Assembly (NCBI GenBank): GCA_041694935.1
Contig: JBGFRW010000021.1
Location: 22,171-86,170 of the forward strand
DNA: 64,000 nt
Direction of reading: 5' to 3'
Source: Pseudomonadota bacterium
GTDB lineage: Bacteria; Pseudomonadota; Gammaproteobacteria; Burkholderiales; Rhodocyclaceae
Part shown: one piece after another, positions 16,429 through 24,766 of the stretch
How the letters are laid out: each line of letters opens with the position of its first letter
Numbering within the stretch: the first letter of the stretch is position 1
Made by a program: the position numbers and the translations under genes
The notes under the pieces: generated by a model
What the model saw: only the letters and a program-made list of their open reading frames with translations
Told to the model about the DNA's origin: nothing
Databases searched by the model: none

Positions 16429-17225
16429 CGCAGAAGTTCTCCTTGTTTGCCTTTGCTCTGTTGTTGGGGCTGTTGTCCGGTTGCGCGAGCGGTCCGAATC
16501 CTGTCGATGCTGGCGAGGTGGAGCAGGCGGTATCGCGTCAGGCGACGACGAATGATGATCGTCAGCGCGCCAAAGTTCATACCGAATTGGGCCGAATTTA
16601 CCTGATGGAAGGGCGCTACGAGGTTGCACTCGATGAAGCGAGGATTTCCATCGAGTCAGACCGAAACTATGCGCCAGCCCACAACCTGACGGCGCTGGTT
16701 TACATGGCCTTGCAGAAAAACGAACTTGCCGAGCAGAGTTTTCGTCGCGCGATTGGCGCGGCTGGAAAGGATCCGGAAATCAACAACGACTACGGCTGGT
16801 TCCTCTGTCAGACCGGAAAGGCGAAGGAGTCGATCCCGCACTTTCAGGTTGCTATTTCCAACCCCTTGTTCCATGCGCCGGTCAAGGCCCTGACCAATGC
16901 CGGGCTATGCGCGCTGATTGCCAAAGACGATCGACAGGCCGAGGGATATCTGATGCAAGCATTGCGGCTTGATCGTGGCAACCTCACGGCACTGTTCTGG
17001 CTGGCAGACATCGACTATCGCGGCAACCGTCTCAGGGAAGCCCAGCAGAAGATGAAGGATTTTCATGCCGCGTTCGATCCCTCTCCACAGTCCGCCTGGC
17101 TGGCTTTGCGTATCGATCGCAAACTGGGCGATCGGGAAGGCGAGGCGCGCTTCACCGGGGTCATGCGGCGCAAGTATCGCGATACGCCCGAATACGAAAA
17201 GATGATGCGCGGGGAGTTCGAGTGA
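16425..17225 (+). CDS. pilW: Type IV pilus biogenesis/stability TPR lipoprotein PilW (PilF)
   Basis: 266 aa with a lipobox (LLSGCAS) and TPR repeats. Position between rlmN and rodZ is conserved in beta/gamma-proteobacteria. Confidence 0.75.
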   Translation: MTQKFSLFAFALLLGLLSGCASGPNPVDAGEVEQAVSRQATTNDDRQRAKVHTELGRIYLMEGRYEVALDEARISIESDRNYAPAHNLTALVYMALQKNELAEQSFRRAIGAAGKDPEINNDYGWFLCQTGKAKESIPHFQVAISNPLFHAPVKALTNAGLCALIAKDDRQAEGYLMQALRLDRGNLTALFWLADIDYRGNRLREAQQKMKDFHAAFDPSPQSAWLALRIDRKLGDREGEARFTGVMRRKYRDTPEYEKMMRGEFE

Positions 17226-18079
17226 GCGAAGAGGTCGAGGATATCCAGCACGCCACCGAAACGGAAGCCGGCGGGAGAGAGACGGTCGGCCAGATTCTGC
17301 GTGCCGCGAGGGAGGCCGCCAGTCTGACGGTCACCGATGTCGCGCAATCGCTCAAGTTCAGCCCACGCCAGATCGAGCAACTCGAAGCAGACGACTATAC
17401 GTCCCTACCGGGTACGACCATTGTGCGCGGTTTCGCGCGCAGCTACGCCAGACTCCTGAAGCTCGATGCCGATGCGCTGCTGCGCATGCTCGACGACCTA
17501 TCCCCGAATTCCCCTGCGGATGTGCGTCCGCCCGACAACATGGGCGTTGCCAGCGAGCCAAGCGGTTTGCGCCAGATCAGCCCGCTCGCCTCGGTGGCGA
17601 TCGTCTTGATACTGGCCGCCCTGCTGCTCGCCCTCTGGCATTTCCTCGGCCCGAAGATGAGCAACCAGAGCGTCGAACCGGTCGCGGAAAACAACCAAAC
17701 TGTCATGCCGTCAGCAGCCGTTCCGGTTCCAGTGCCTGCCGCTCCACCAGAGTCGGCGGATCAACCGCAGACTGTTGCACCTTCGCCGGTGACTGATGCC
17801 GGTACAGCTCAGCCGCAACCGCAACCGCAGCCCCAATCTGTCGTACCCACGCTGGTTTTCTCGCTTGAAGACCGTTCTTGGGTAGAGGTGGTCGATAGCA
17901 AGAAGCAGGTGCTGCATACCGGGGAAAGTCCGGCGGGCAGCCGGCTGACGCTCAGCGGTCAGCCACCGTTCGATATCGTCATCGGCAAAGCCGGCAAGGT
18001 CAAGCTGACCTACGGCGAGCGTGAGATCGACCTCGCGCCTTATACGCGCGCTGATGTGGCACGCCTGAAACTCGAATAA
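17222..18079 (+). CDS. rodZ: RodZ-like cytoskeleton protein (HTH + TM + DUF4115)
   Basis: 285 aa with an N-terminal HTH ([21 protein letters not shown]), one TM segment, a Pro/Gln-rich linker (QPQPQPQPQ) and a C-terminal DUF4115-like domain. Confidence 0.8.
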   Translation: MSEEVEDIQHATETEAGGRETVGQILRAAREAASLTVTDVAQSLKFSPRQIEQLEADDYTSLPGTTIVRGFARSYARLLKLDADALLRMLDDLSPNSPADVRPPDNMGVASEPSGLRQISPLASVAIVLILAALLLALWHFLGPKMSNQSVEPVAENNQTVMPSAAVPVPVPAAPPESADQPQTVAPSPVTDAGTAQPQPQPQPQSVVPTLVFSLEDRSWVEVVDSKKQVLHTGESPAGSRLTLSGQPPFDIVIGKAGKVKLTYGEREIDLAPYTRADVARLKLE

Positions 18080-19368
18080 TGAATTCTTCATCCAGCGCAG
18101 GACCCGTGCGCCGCCCAACGCGGCGCGTCATGGTCGGGAAGGTCGCCATTGGCGGCGGCGTGTCGAAAGTCGGCGCCGACGGGACGGCGCCGGAGGGGGC
18201 GCCTGCTCCGGTGGTGGTTCAGTCGATGACCAACACGGATACCGCAGACGTGTTCGCCACAGCGCAGCAGGTCGCCGAGCTGCACCGCGCCGGATCGGAG
18301 ATCGTGCGCGTTACCGTGAACACCCGCGAAGCCGCCGCGGCCGTGCCGAAGATCAAGGAGCGGCTGGAGCTTTTGAATCTGAATGTGCCGCTGGTCGGCG
18401 ACTTCCACTTCAACGGCCACAAGCTGTTGGCCGAAGTGCCCGAATGTGCGCAGGCGCTCGACAAGTTGCGTATCAATCCCGGCAACGTCGGCAAGGGAGC
18501 GAAGCGCGACGAGCAGTTCGCCAGTCTGATCGAGATCGCCTGCAAATACAAAAAGCCGGTGCGCATCGGCGTGAATTGGGGCAGCCTTGACCAGCAGTTG
18601 CTCGCGCGCCTGATGGACGAAAATGGCAAACGCGCAGCGCCGAAAGACGCAACGGGGCTGATGCGCGAGGCGATGGTCGCCTCGGCACTCGAATCCGCCG
18701 CCAAGGCCGAGGAACTGGGCCTGCCCGGCGATGCGATCATCCTGTCGTGCAAGGTGAGTAGCGTGCAGGATCTGATCGCGATCTACCGCGACCTCGCCGC
18801 GCATTGCGACTACCCGCTGCACCTCGGGCTCACCGAGGCCGGCATGGGCAGCAAGGGCATCGTCGCCTCGACGGCGGCGTTGGCCGTATTGCTTCAGGAA
18901 GGCATCGGCGACACGATCCGCGTTTCCCTGACGCCCGCACCACACGAGCCGCGTACCAATGAAGTCGTCGTCGCTCAGGAGATCCTGCAGACCATGGGCC
19001 TGCGCGCCTTCGTGCCGATGGTGGTAGCCTGCCCAGGCTGCGGGCGCACCAGCAGCACGGTGTTCCAGGAACTTGCACAAGACATCCAGGCTTACGTGCG
19101 CGCGAAGATGCCCGAATGGCAGCTCCTGCACAAAGGCGTCGAGAACATGACCGTCGCCGTGATGGGCTGTGTCGTCAACGGCCCGGGCGAGAGCAAGCAC
19201 GCCAATCTCGGCATTTCCCTGCCAGGCACCGGCGAGGAACCGGTCGCACCGGTCTATGCCGACGGCGAACGCATCACCACCCTGCGCGGCGACAATATTG
19301 CCGCCGAATTCAGAGCCATCATCGACGGTTACGTCGATCGCAAGTATCCGCTGCACCGAGATTCATGA
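18079..19368 (+). CDS. ispG: 4-hydroxy-3-methylbut-2-enyl diphosphate synthase
   Basis: 429 aa with [21 protein letters not shown], and a CPGCGRT...GCVVNGPGE Fe-S cluster region. The N-terminus carries an insertion that coincides with repeat copy b. Confidence 0.95.
   Translation: MNSSSSAGPVRRPTRRVMVGKVAIGGGVSKVGADGTAPEGAPAPVVVQSMTNTDTADVFATAQQVAELHRAGSEIVRVTVNTREAAAAVPKIKERLELLNLNVPLVGDFHFNGHKLLAEVPECAQALDKLRINPGNVGKGAKRDEQFASLIEIACKYKKPVRIGVNWGSLDQQLLARLMDENGKRAAPKDATGLMREAMVASALESAAKAEELGLPGDAIILSCKVSSVQDLIAIYRDLAAHCDYPLHLGLTEAGMGSKGIVASTAALAVLLQEGIGDTIRVSLTPAPHEPRTNEVVVAQEILQTMGLRAFVPMVVACPGCGRTSSTVFQELAQDIQAYVRAKMPEWQLLHKGVENMTVAVMGCVVNGPGESKHANLGISLPGTGEEPVAPVYADGERITTLRGDNIAAEFRAIIDGYVDRKYPLHRDS
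18165..18191 (+). repeat. Dispersed repeat copy b (sense, in ispG; [10 protein letters not shown])
   Basis: GAAAGTCGGCGCCGACGGGACGGCGCC. Confidence 0.85.
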
Positions 19369-20669
19369 GCCAGACCCTGCAAGCCATCCGCGGGATGAAC
19401 GACATCCTGCCCGCCGACGCCGAGCGCTGGGAAGCCTTCGAGGAGCTGATCCGCGACTGGCTGTCCGCCTATGGCTACCGTCCGATCCGCATGCCGCTCG
19501 TCGAGCCGACGCCGCTGTTCTCGCGCGCCATCGGCGACGTCACCGACATCGTCGAGAAGGAGATGTATTCCTTCGAGGACCGACTGAACGGCGAACAGCT
19601 CACGCTGCGCCCCGAGGGCACTGCCTCGTGCGTGCGCGCTGTGCTGCAGCACAACCTGCTCTACGACGGTCCGAAGCGACTCTGGTACATGGGCCCGATG
19701 TTCCGCCACGAGCGGCCGCAGAAAGGCCGCTACCGGCAGTTCCATCAGGTCGGCATCGAGGCGCTCGGCCTGCCGGGCCCGGACATCGACGCCGAGCAGA
19801 TCATCATGTGCGCTCGCCTGTGGGACGATCTCGGCCTGAACGCTGACGGCAACATCAAGCTTGAGATCAACTCGCTCGGCCAGCCCGAGGAGCGCGCGCG
19901 TCACCGCGCCGAGCTGATCGCCTATCTTGAACAGCATCACGACCAGCTCGACGAGGAAGGGAAACGGCGGCTGCACACCAATCCGCTGCGCATCCTCGAT
20001 ACCAAGAACCCGGCGATGCAGGCGCTCGTCGAAGCTGCACCGAAGCTCATCGACTTTCTCGGTGCGGAATCGCTTCAGCACTTCGAAGGCGTGCAGCAAC
20101 TGCTCAAGGACGCCGCGATTCCCTATCGCATCAACCCGCGGCTGGTGCGTGGCCTCGACTACTACAACCTGACTGTGTTCGAGTGGGTCACCGACCAGCT
20201 CGGGGCGCAGGGCACGGTCTGCGCCGGCGGGCGCTACGACGGCCTGGTCGCGCAGCTCGGCGGCAAACCGGCGCCGGCCTGTGGCTTTGCGATGGGCGTC
20301 GAGCGCCTCATGGCGCTGCTCGAGACGCAGGGCAATCTCATCGAGCCTGCCGCGCCCGACGTGTATGTCGTACATCAGGGCGAGGCTGCGCAGCGCGTCG
20401 CCTTCCGCGCCGCCGAATTGCTGCGCGATACGGGCTGTGCGGTGCTCACGCACATGGGCGGCGGCAGCTTCAAGTCGCAGTTCAAGCGCGCCGACGCTTC
20501 CGGCGCGCAACTGGCGATCATCGTCGGCGACGAGGAGGCGGCGAACAACGAAGTGACGCTCAAGCCCCTGCGCGTGGAGGAGGCGCAGCGGCGCGTGGCG
20601 CTCGATCAACTGGCTGACACCGTCGGCGACTGGCTATACGGCGCGGACGAAGAACTTTCTGAGGAATGA
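19365..20669 (+). CDS. hisS: Histidine--tRNA ligase
   Basis: Start at [16 protein letters not shown]; ATGA overlap with ispG. Class-II motifs present ([16 protein letters not shown]). Confidence 0.95.
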   Translation: MSQTLQAIRGMNDILPADAERWEAFEELIRDWLSAYGYRPIRMPLVEPTPLFSRAIGDVTDIVEKEMYSFEDRLNGEQLTLRPEGTASCVRAVLQHNLLYDGPKRLWYMGPMFRHERPQKGRYRQFHQVGIEALGLPGPDIDAEQIIMCARLWDDLGLNADGNIKLEINSLGQPEERARHRAELIAYLEQHHDQLDEEGKRRLHTNPLRILDTKNPAMQALVEAAPKLIDFLGAESLQHFEGVQQLLKDAAIPYRINPRLVRGLDYYNLTVFEWVTDQLGAQGTVCAGGRYDGLVAQLGGKPAPACGFAMGVERLMALLETQGNLIEPAAPDVYVVHQGEAAQRVAFRAAELLRDTGCAVLTHMGGGSFKSQFKRADASGAQLAIIVGDEEAANNEVTLKPLRVEEAQRRVALDQLADTVGDWLYGADEELSEE

Positions 20670-20672
20670 CAC

Positions 20673-21347
20673 ATGGCGACCTACGATCTCGAAGAGCAGG
20701 AACAGTTAGAAGAACTCAAGACCTGGTGGAAGATGCACGGCACGCTCGTTACGGCGGTCATCGTCGCGCTGGCTATCGGCGTGGTCGGCTGGCAGGGCTG
20801 GCAATGGTGGCAGCGCGGCCAGTCGAGCCAGGCCGCCCAGTTGTACGCCGGCATGCAGCAGGCACTGGCCGGGCAGGACATCAAGCGTGTGCGCCAACTT
20901 GCGGGGGAACTGATCGACAAGTATTCCAGCACCGCCTACGCCGGCATGGCGGGAATGCTGTCCGGCAAGGTGCTCGTGGAGACCGGCGATCTCAAGTCGG
21001 CGCAGGCCCAGTTCGGTTGGGTCGCCGAGCATGCCAAGGATGACGGCCTGCGCGATCTGGCCCGCTTGCGTCAGGCGATCGCATTCGCCGAAGAGAAAAC
21101 CGAGCAGGGGTACGAAGAGGCGCTGAAGCTGCTTGCCGTGCCGCCGGCGCCGACCCTGATGGCACGCTACCTCGAGGTGCGTGGCGATATTCTGGCGGCG
21201 CAAGGCAAGGGGGCTGAGGCTGGCAAGGCCTATGACGAGGCCATCAAGGCACTGGAAGCGGCCCGCAAGGCCGAGGGCGACATGCCGGCGGGGCCGTACC
21301 TCGAAATTCTCGATGCCAAGCGGAGCGCTGCCGGAGGGCAGTCGTGA
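20673..21347 (+). CDS. yfgM: YfgM-like membrane-anchored TPR protein
   Basis: 224 aa with an N-terminal TM segment after EEQEQLEELKTWW. Position between hisS and bamB is conserved. Confidence 0.75.
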   Translation: MATYDLEEQEQLEELKTWWKMHGTLVTAVIVALAIGVVGWQGWQWWQRGQSSQAAQLYAGMQQALAGQDIKRVRQLAGELIDKYSSTAYAGMAGMLSGKVLVETGDLKSAQAQFGWVAEHAKDDGLRDLARLRQAIAFAEEKTEQGYEEALKLLAVPPAPTLMARYLEVRGDILAAQGKGAEAGKAYDEAIKALEAARKAEGDMPAGPYLEILDAKRSAAGGQS

Positions 21348-22510
21348 GATTGAGACTGATCGCGCTGGCCGGCGCTGCCGCCTTGGCGGCAACCGGCTGT
21401 TCGTCGATCGGTAATGCGGTCGACGCCATCAATCCGTTCAGCAAATCCGCACCCAAGGTCAAGCCGGCCGAACTGACTCCGATCCAATCGACGGATGAAC
21501 TCAGAGTCCAATGGCAGGCGAATGTCGGCAGTGCCGGCGAGCATGCCTTTACACCGGCGGTGGTCGGAGACAGCGTCTATGCAGCTGCCAAGGACGGTAG
21601 CATCGCTCGCTTCGAGGGCGGCCGTCAGGTTTGGCGCATCAGTGCCGGCCAGCCCCTCTCCGGCGGCGTCGGTTCCGATGGCAAGCTGGTGGTCGTCGGG
21701 ACGTCGAAGGGCGACGTGCTGGCTTTCAAAGCTACTGATGGCACGCCAGCCTGGCAGGCCCGGACGAGTTCGGAAGTCCTCGCCGCTCCCGCAGTTTCGG
21801 CCGGCCTCGTCGCGGTGCGGAGCGGCGACGCGCGGATCTTCGGCTTCGATGCCGCTGACGGCAAGCGACGCTGGGTCTATCAGCGCAGCACACCGGCACT
21901 GGCATTGCGTTCCCCGGTCGGTGTGACGCTCACTGGCAAGGCGCTCTACGCGGGGTTCCCCGGCGGCAAGCTGGTGGCGATTGCGCTTAACAACGGTGCC
22001 GCCCTGTGGGAATCCGCCGTCGCGCAGCCGCGTGGCGCCACCGAACTGGAGCGCATCGCCGACGTGGCGAGTGAGCCTGTCGTGGATGGCGGTTCGGTGT
22101 GTGCCGTCGCCTATCAGGGGCGCGTTGCCTGTTTCGATGCCGACAACGGCCGCCAGTTGTGGGCGCGTGAGATTTCCTCGGTCGCCGGTCTGGCCATCGG
22201 TAGCCGCTCGCTCTACGTGACCGACGAGAAGGGGGCGGTGCATGCCTTCGAACGCAGCGGTGGCGCCAGCCTCTGGAAGCAGGACAAGCTGTTCATGCGT
22301 GGCGTGTCGCGACCGCTCGTCGTCGGGCGCCGTGTTGCCGTCGCCGACTTTCAGGGCGTGGTTCATCTCCTTTCCGCTGAAGACGGCGCTTTCGCCGCAC
22401 GCCTGACGACCGACGGCTCGGCGGTGCTCGTGCCGCCGCAGCGGCTCGGAGAGAATGCCTTCCTCGTGCAGACCAGGAACGGCGGATTGCACGCCCTGAC
22501 GACGAAATAA
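21344..22510 (+). CDS. bamB: Outer membrane protein assembly factor BamB
   Basis: 388 aa with a lipobox (LAATGCSS) and PQQ-like beta-propeller repeats. Lies upstream of der. Confidence 0.9.
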   Translation: MRLRLIALAGAAALAATGCSSIGNAVDAINPFSKSAPKVKPAELTPIQSTDELRVQWQANVGSAGEHAFTPAVVGDSVYAAAKDGSIARFEGGRQVWRISAGQPLSGGVGSDGKLVVVGTSKGDVLAFKATDGTPAWQARTSSEVLAAPAVSAGLVAVRSGDARIFGFDAADGKRRWVYQRSTPALALRSPVGVTLTGKALYAGFPGGKLVAIALNNGAALWESAVAQPRGATELERIADVASEPVVDGGSVCAVAYQGRVACFDADNGRQLWAREISSVAGLAIGSRSLYVTDEKGAVHAFERSGGASLWKQDKLFMRGVSRPLVVGRRVAVADFQGVVHLLSAEDGAFAARLTTDGSAVLVPPQRLGENAFLVQTRNGGLHALTTK

Positions 22511-22512
22511 TA

Positions 22513-23841
22513 ATGCTGCCCACGCTTGCTCTGGTCGGCCGACCCAACGTCGGCAAGTCGACGCTCTTCAACCGGCTGACGAAAACGCGCGATGCGTTGG
22601 TCGCCGATCAGCCGGGACTGACGCGTGATCGCCATTACGGCCACGGCCGGCTCGGCAAGCGACCCTTTCTCGTCGTCGATACCGGCGGCTTCGAGCCGCA
22701 GGCGAAAGACGGCATCGAGCATGAAATGGCGCGCCAGGCCGAAGCGGCGATCGCCGAGGCCGATGCGCTGATCTTTCTCGTCGACGGCCGCGCCGGGCTC
22801 ACGCCGCAGGACAAAGTGATCGCCGAGCGGCTGCGCCGCTCCGGCAGGCCGCTGCATCTCGCCGTCAACAAGGCAGAGGGCATGAACCGCGATGTCGTTG
22901 CGGCAGAGTTCCACGAACTCGGTTGCGGCGATCCGCTTGTCATCTCGTCGGCGCACGGCGATGGCGTGCGCGAGATGCTCGAGCTGGTGATGGAGGCCTT
23001 TCCCGAGGACGAGCCGGACGATGCCTCAGAAAGCGGGCCGCGCGTCGCCGTGGTCGGGCGGCCGAACGTCGGCAAGAGCACGCTGATCAACAGCCTGCTT
23101 GGCGAGGAACGCATGATCGCCTTCGACATGCCGGGTACCACGCGTGATGCGATTTCCACGCCGTTCGAGAAGAATGGCAAGCGCTACACCCTGATCGATA
23201 CGGCCGGCCTGCGACGCAAGGGCCGCGTTTTCGAGGCGATCGAGAAGTTTTCGGTGATCAAGACGCTGCAGGCGGTCGAGGCGGCCAATGTCGTCGTGCT
23301 GATGGTCGACGCGAGTCAGGATATCTCCGATCAGGACGCGCACATTGCAGGATTTTGCATCGAGGCCGGGCGTGCGCTGGTGCTGGCGGTGAACAAATGG
23401 GACGCCGTCGACCAATATCGCCGCGACCAGATCAAGCAGGACATCATGCGCAAGCTCAACTTCCTCGGCTTCGCACGCGTCCATTACATCTCGGCATTGA
23501 AGGGGCAGGGCGTTGCCAGCGTGCTCCAGTCAGTCGACAAGGCCTATGCCGCGGCGATGGTCAAGCTGTCCACGCCTAAGCTCACGCGCGTGTTGCTCGA
23601 CGCCGTTCAGAAACAGGCGCCGCCCAGACACGGCAATGTTCGCCCCAAGCTGCGTTATGCGCACCAGGGCGGCAGCAACCCGCCGATCATCGTGATCCAC
23701 GGCAATGCGCTCGAACACGTGCCGCCGGCCTACGTCCGCTATCTCGAGCACACCTACCTCGAGGCCTTCAAGCTGCAGGGCACGCCGCTGCGAATCCAGT
23801 TCAAGAGCAGCAAGAATCCCTACGTCGACAAGGAAAAATAG
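22513..23841 (+). CDS. der: Ribosome-associated GTPase Der (EngA)
   Basis: 442 aa with two GTPase domains (GRPNVGKST twice) and a KH-like C-terminus. Confidence 0.95.
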   Translation: MLPTLALVGRPNVGKSTLFNRLTKTRDALVADQPGLTRDRHYGHGRLGKRPFLVVDTGGFEPQAKDGIEHEMARQAEAAIAEADALIFLVDGRAGLTPQDKVIAERLRRSGRPLHLAVNKAEGMNRDVVAAEFHELGCGDPLVISSAHGDGVREMLELVMEAFPEDEPDDASESGPRVAVVGRPNVGKSTLINSLLGEERMIAFDMPGTTRDAISTPFEKNGKRYTLIDTAGLRRKGRVFEAIEKFSVIKTLQAVEAANVVVLMVDASQDISDQDAHIAGFCIEAGRALVLAVNKWDAVDQYRRDQIKQDIMRKLNFLGFARVHYISALKGQGVASVLQSVDKAYAAAMVKLSTPKLTRVLLDAVQKQAPPRHGNVRPKLRYAHQGGSNPPIIVIHGNALEHVPPAYVRYLEHTYLEAFKLQGTPLRIQFKSSKNPYVDKEK

Positions 23842-23864
23842 TCGGCGCTGGCGACACGGTACGG
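23833..23864 (+). repeat. Dispersed repeat copy c (variant, spans the der stop codon)
   Basis: GAAAAATAGTCGGCGCTGGCGACACGGTACGG. The extra T creates the der TAG. Confidence 0.7.
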
Positions 23865-23892
23865 TTGAATCCGCGGGCCAGGCGGCTATACT
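23865..23892 (+). promoter_or_regulatory. Candidate sigma-70 promoter for fdxA
   Basis: TTGAAT (23865-70), a 16-nt spacer, then TATACT (23887-92). It starts immediately after repeat copy c. Confidence 0.4.
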
Positions 23893-23925
23893 TGAGTCGA
23901 AAACTCGGGAAAGGGAGCTAGTGCG

Positions 23926-24249
23926 ATGACCTACGTCGTGACCGAAAACTGCATCAAGTGCAAATACACCGATTGCGTTGACGTCTGTCCGGTGGATTGC
24001 TTCCGCGAGGGGCCGAACTTTCTCGTCATCGATCCCGAAGAATGCATCGATTGCACGCTGTGCGTACCGGAATGCCCGGCAGAGGCGATTTTCGCCGAGG
24101 ACGACGTGCCGGTGGATCAGCGCGACATGATTGCCTTGAACGCCGAACTGGCCAAACAGTGGCCGGGGATCACCGAGCGCAAGACGCCGCCCGCCGATGC
24201 GGACGAGTGGCGAGGCAAGCCCGGCAAGCGCGCCTTGCTGGAACGATAA
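23926..24249 (+). CDS. fdxA: 7Fe ferredoxin (Azotobacter-type FdxA)
   Basis: 107 aa: [26 protein letters not shown]...[12 protein letters not shown]. Confidence 0.9.
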   Translation: MTYVVTENCIKCKYTDCVDVCPVDCFREGPNFLVIDPEECIDCTLCVPECPAEAIFAEDDVPVDQRDMIALNAELAKQWPGITERKTPPADADEWRGKPGKRALLER

Positions 24250-24272
24250 ACCCGACGGAGAAGGAGAGAACG

Positions 24273-24740
24273 ATGCAAGTCAGGCAGATTCTCGATATCA
24301 AGGGTACGGTGCTCTATACGATTTCTCCCGACAAGAAGCTCGCCGAAGCGGTGGCGGTGATGAGCGAGCAGGACGTCGGATCGCTGGTCTGCTTCGAGGG
24401 CGGCCGCATGGTCGGCATGCTGACCTTCCGCGAAGTGGTGCGCACGCTGCATGCCGAAGGTGCGGCATGGGGCGGCATCCCAATCCGCGATGTGATGGTG
24501 AAGAACCCGCGCACGGCAGATCCGTTCATGGACGTCGACCAGTTGCGCCGGTTGATGATCAGCGAGCATATGCGTTACTTGCCAGTGATGGACGGCTATA
24601 CGCTGCTCGGGGTGATTTCCTTCCACGACGTCGCCAAGGCGGTGCTCGAGGAACAGACCTTCGAGAACCGCATGCTCAAGGCCTATATCCGCGACTGGCC
24701 TGCCGAGCAGGCGGAACAGGAAGCAGCGCACGGTTCCTGA
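24273..24740 (+). CDS. CBS-domain pair protein
   Basis: Start at MQVRQILDIKG, preceded by GGAGAG. Two CBS-like modules (…RDVMVKNPRTADPFMDVDQLRRLMISEHMRYLPVMD…ISFHDVAKAV). Confidence 0.8.
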   Translation: MQVRQILDIKGTVLYTISPDKKLAEAVAVMSEQDVGSLVCFEGGRMVGMLTFREVVRTLHAEGAAWGGIPIRDVMVKNPRTADPFMDVDQLRRLMISEHMRYLPVMDGYTLLGVISFHDVAKAVLEEQTFENRMLKAYIRDWPAEQAEQEAAHGS

Positions 24741-24765
24741 AAGTCGGCGCCGGCGGGACGGCGCC
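24739..24765 (+). repeat. Dispersed repeat copy d (fills the gap between convergent CBS and GGDEF/EAL genes)
   Basis: GAAAGTCGGCGCCGGCGGGACGGCGCC. Its first two bases are part of the CBS-gene TGA. Confidence 0.85.
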
Positions 24766-24766
24766 T

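Noticed and set aside
17790-17840. Short tandem codon repeats as variable-number loci: Rod[10 protein letters not shown] at ~17810-17836, SPOR protein ESKPESKPESKP at ~45960-45995, and G6-G8 runs at 5082, 41166, 45043 and 49447.
   Set aside because: These are low-complexity linker coding typical of these protein families and of Gly/Pro codon usage at high GC. There is no evidence of instability from a single sequence. Only the two G9/C9 runs in notable positions were kept as findings.
20988-21012. Partial repeat matches: 20988 (TCAAGTCGGCGCAGGCCCAG in yfgM), 46064 (GGCAAGTCGGCGGCCGGCGAAGCC in the SPOR gene), 59047 (AAGTCGGCGGCCCCGG in sspA), 29712 (reverse TGAAAGTCGGAGC after aroC), 10240 (mltD KVGPG), and 35262 (asd ATGAAAAAGGTAGG).
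   Set aside because: Each matches only the first 10-16 nt and lacks the GACGGCGCC half-site. I cannot distinguish these from chance without a genome-wide background model. They are listed so that a PWM scan can re-evaluate them.
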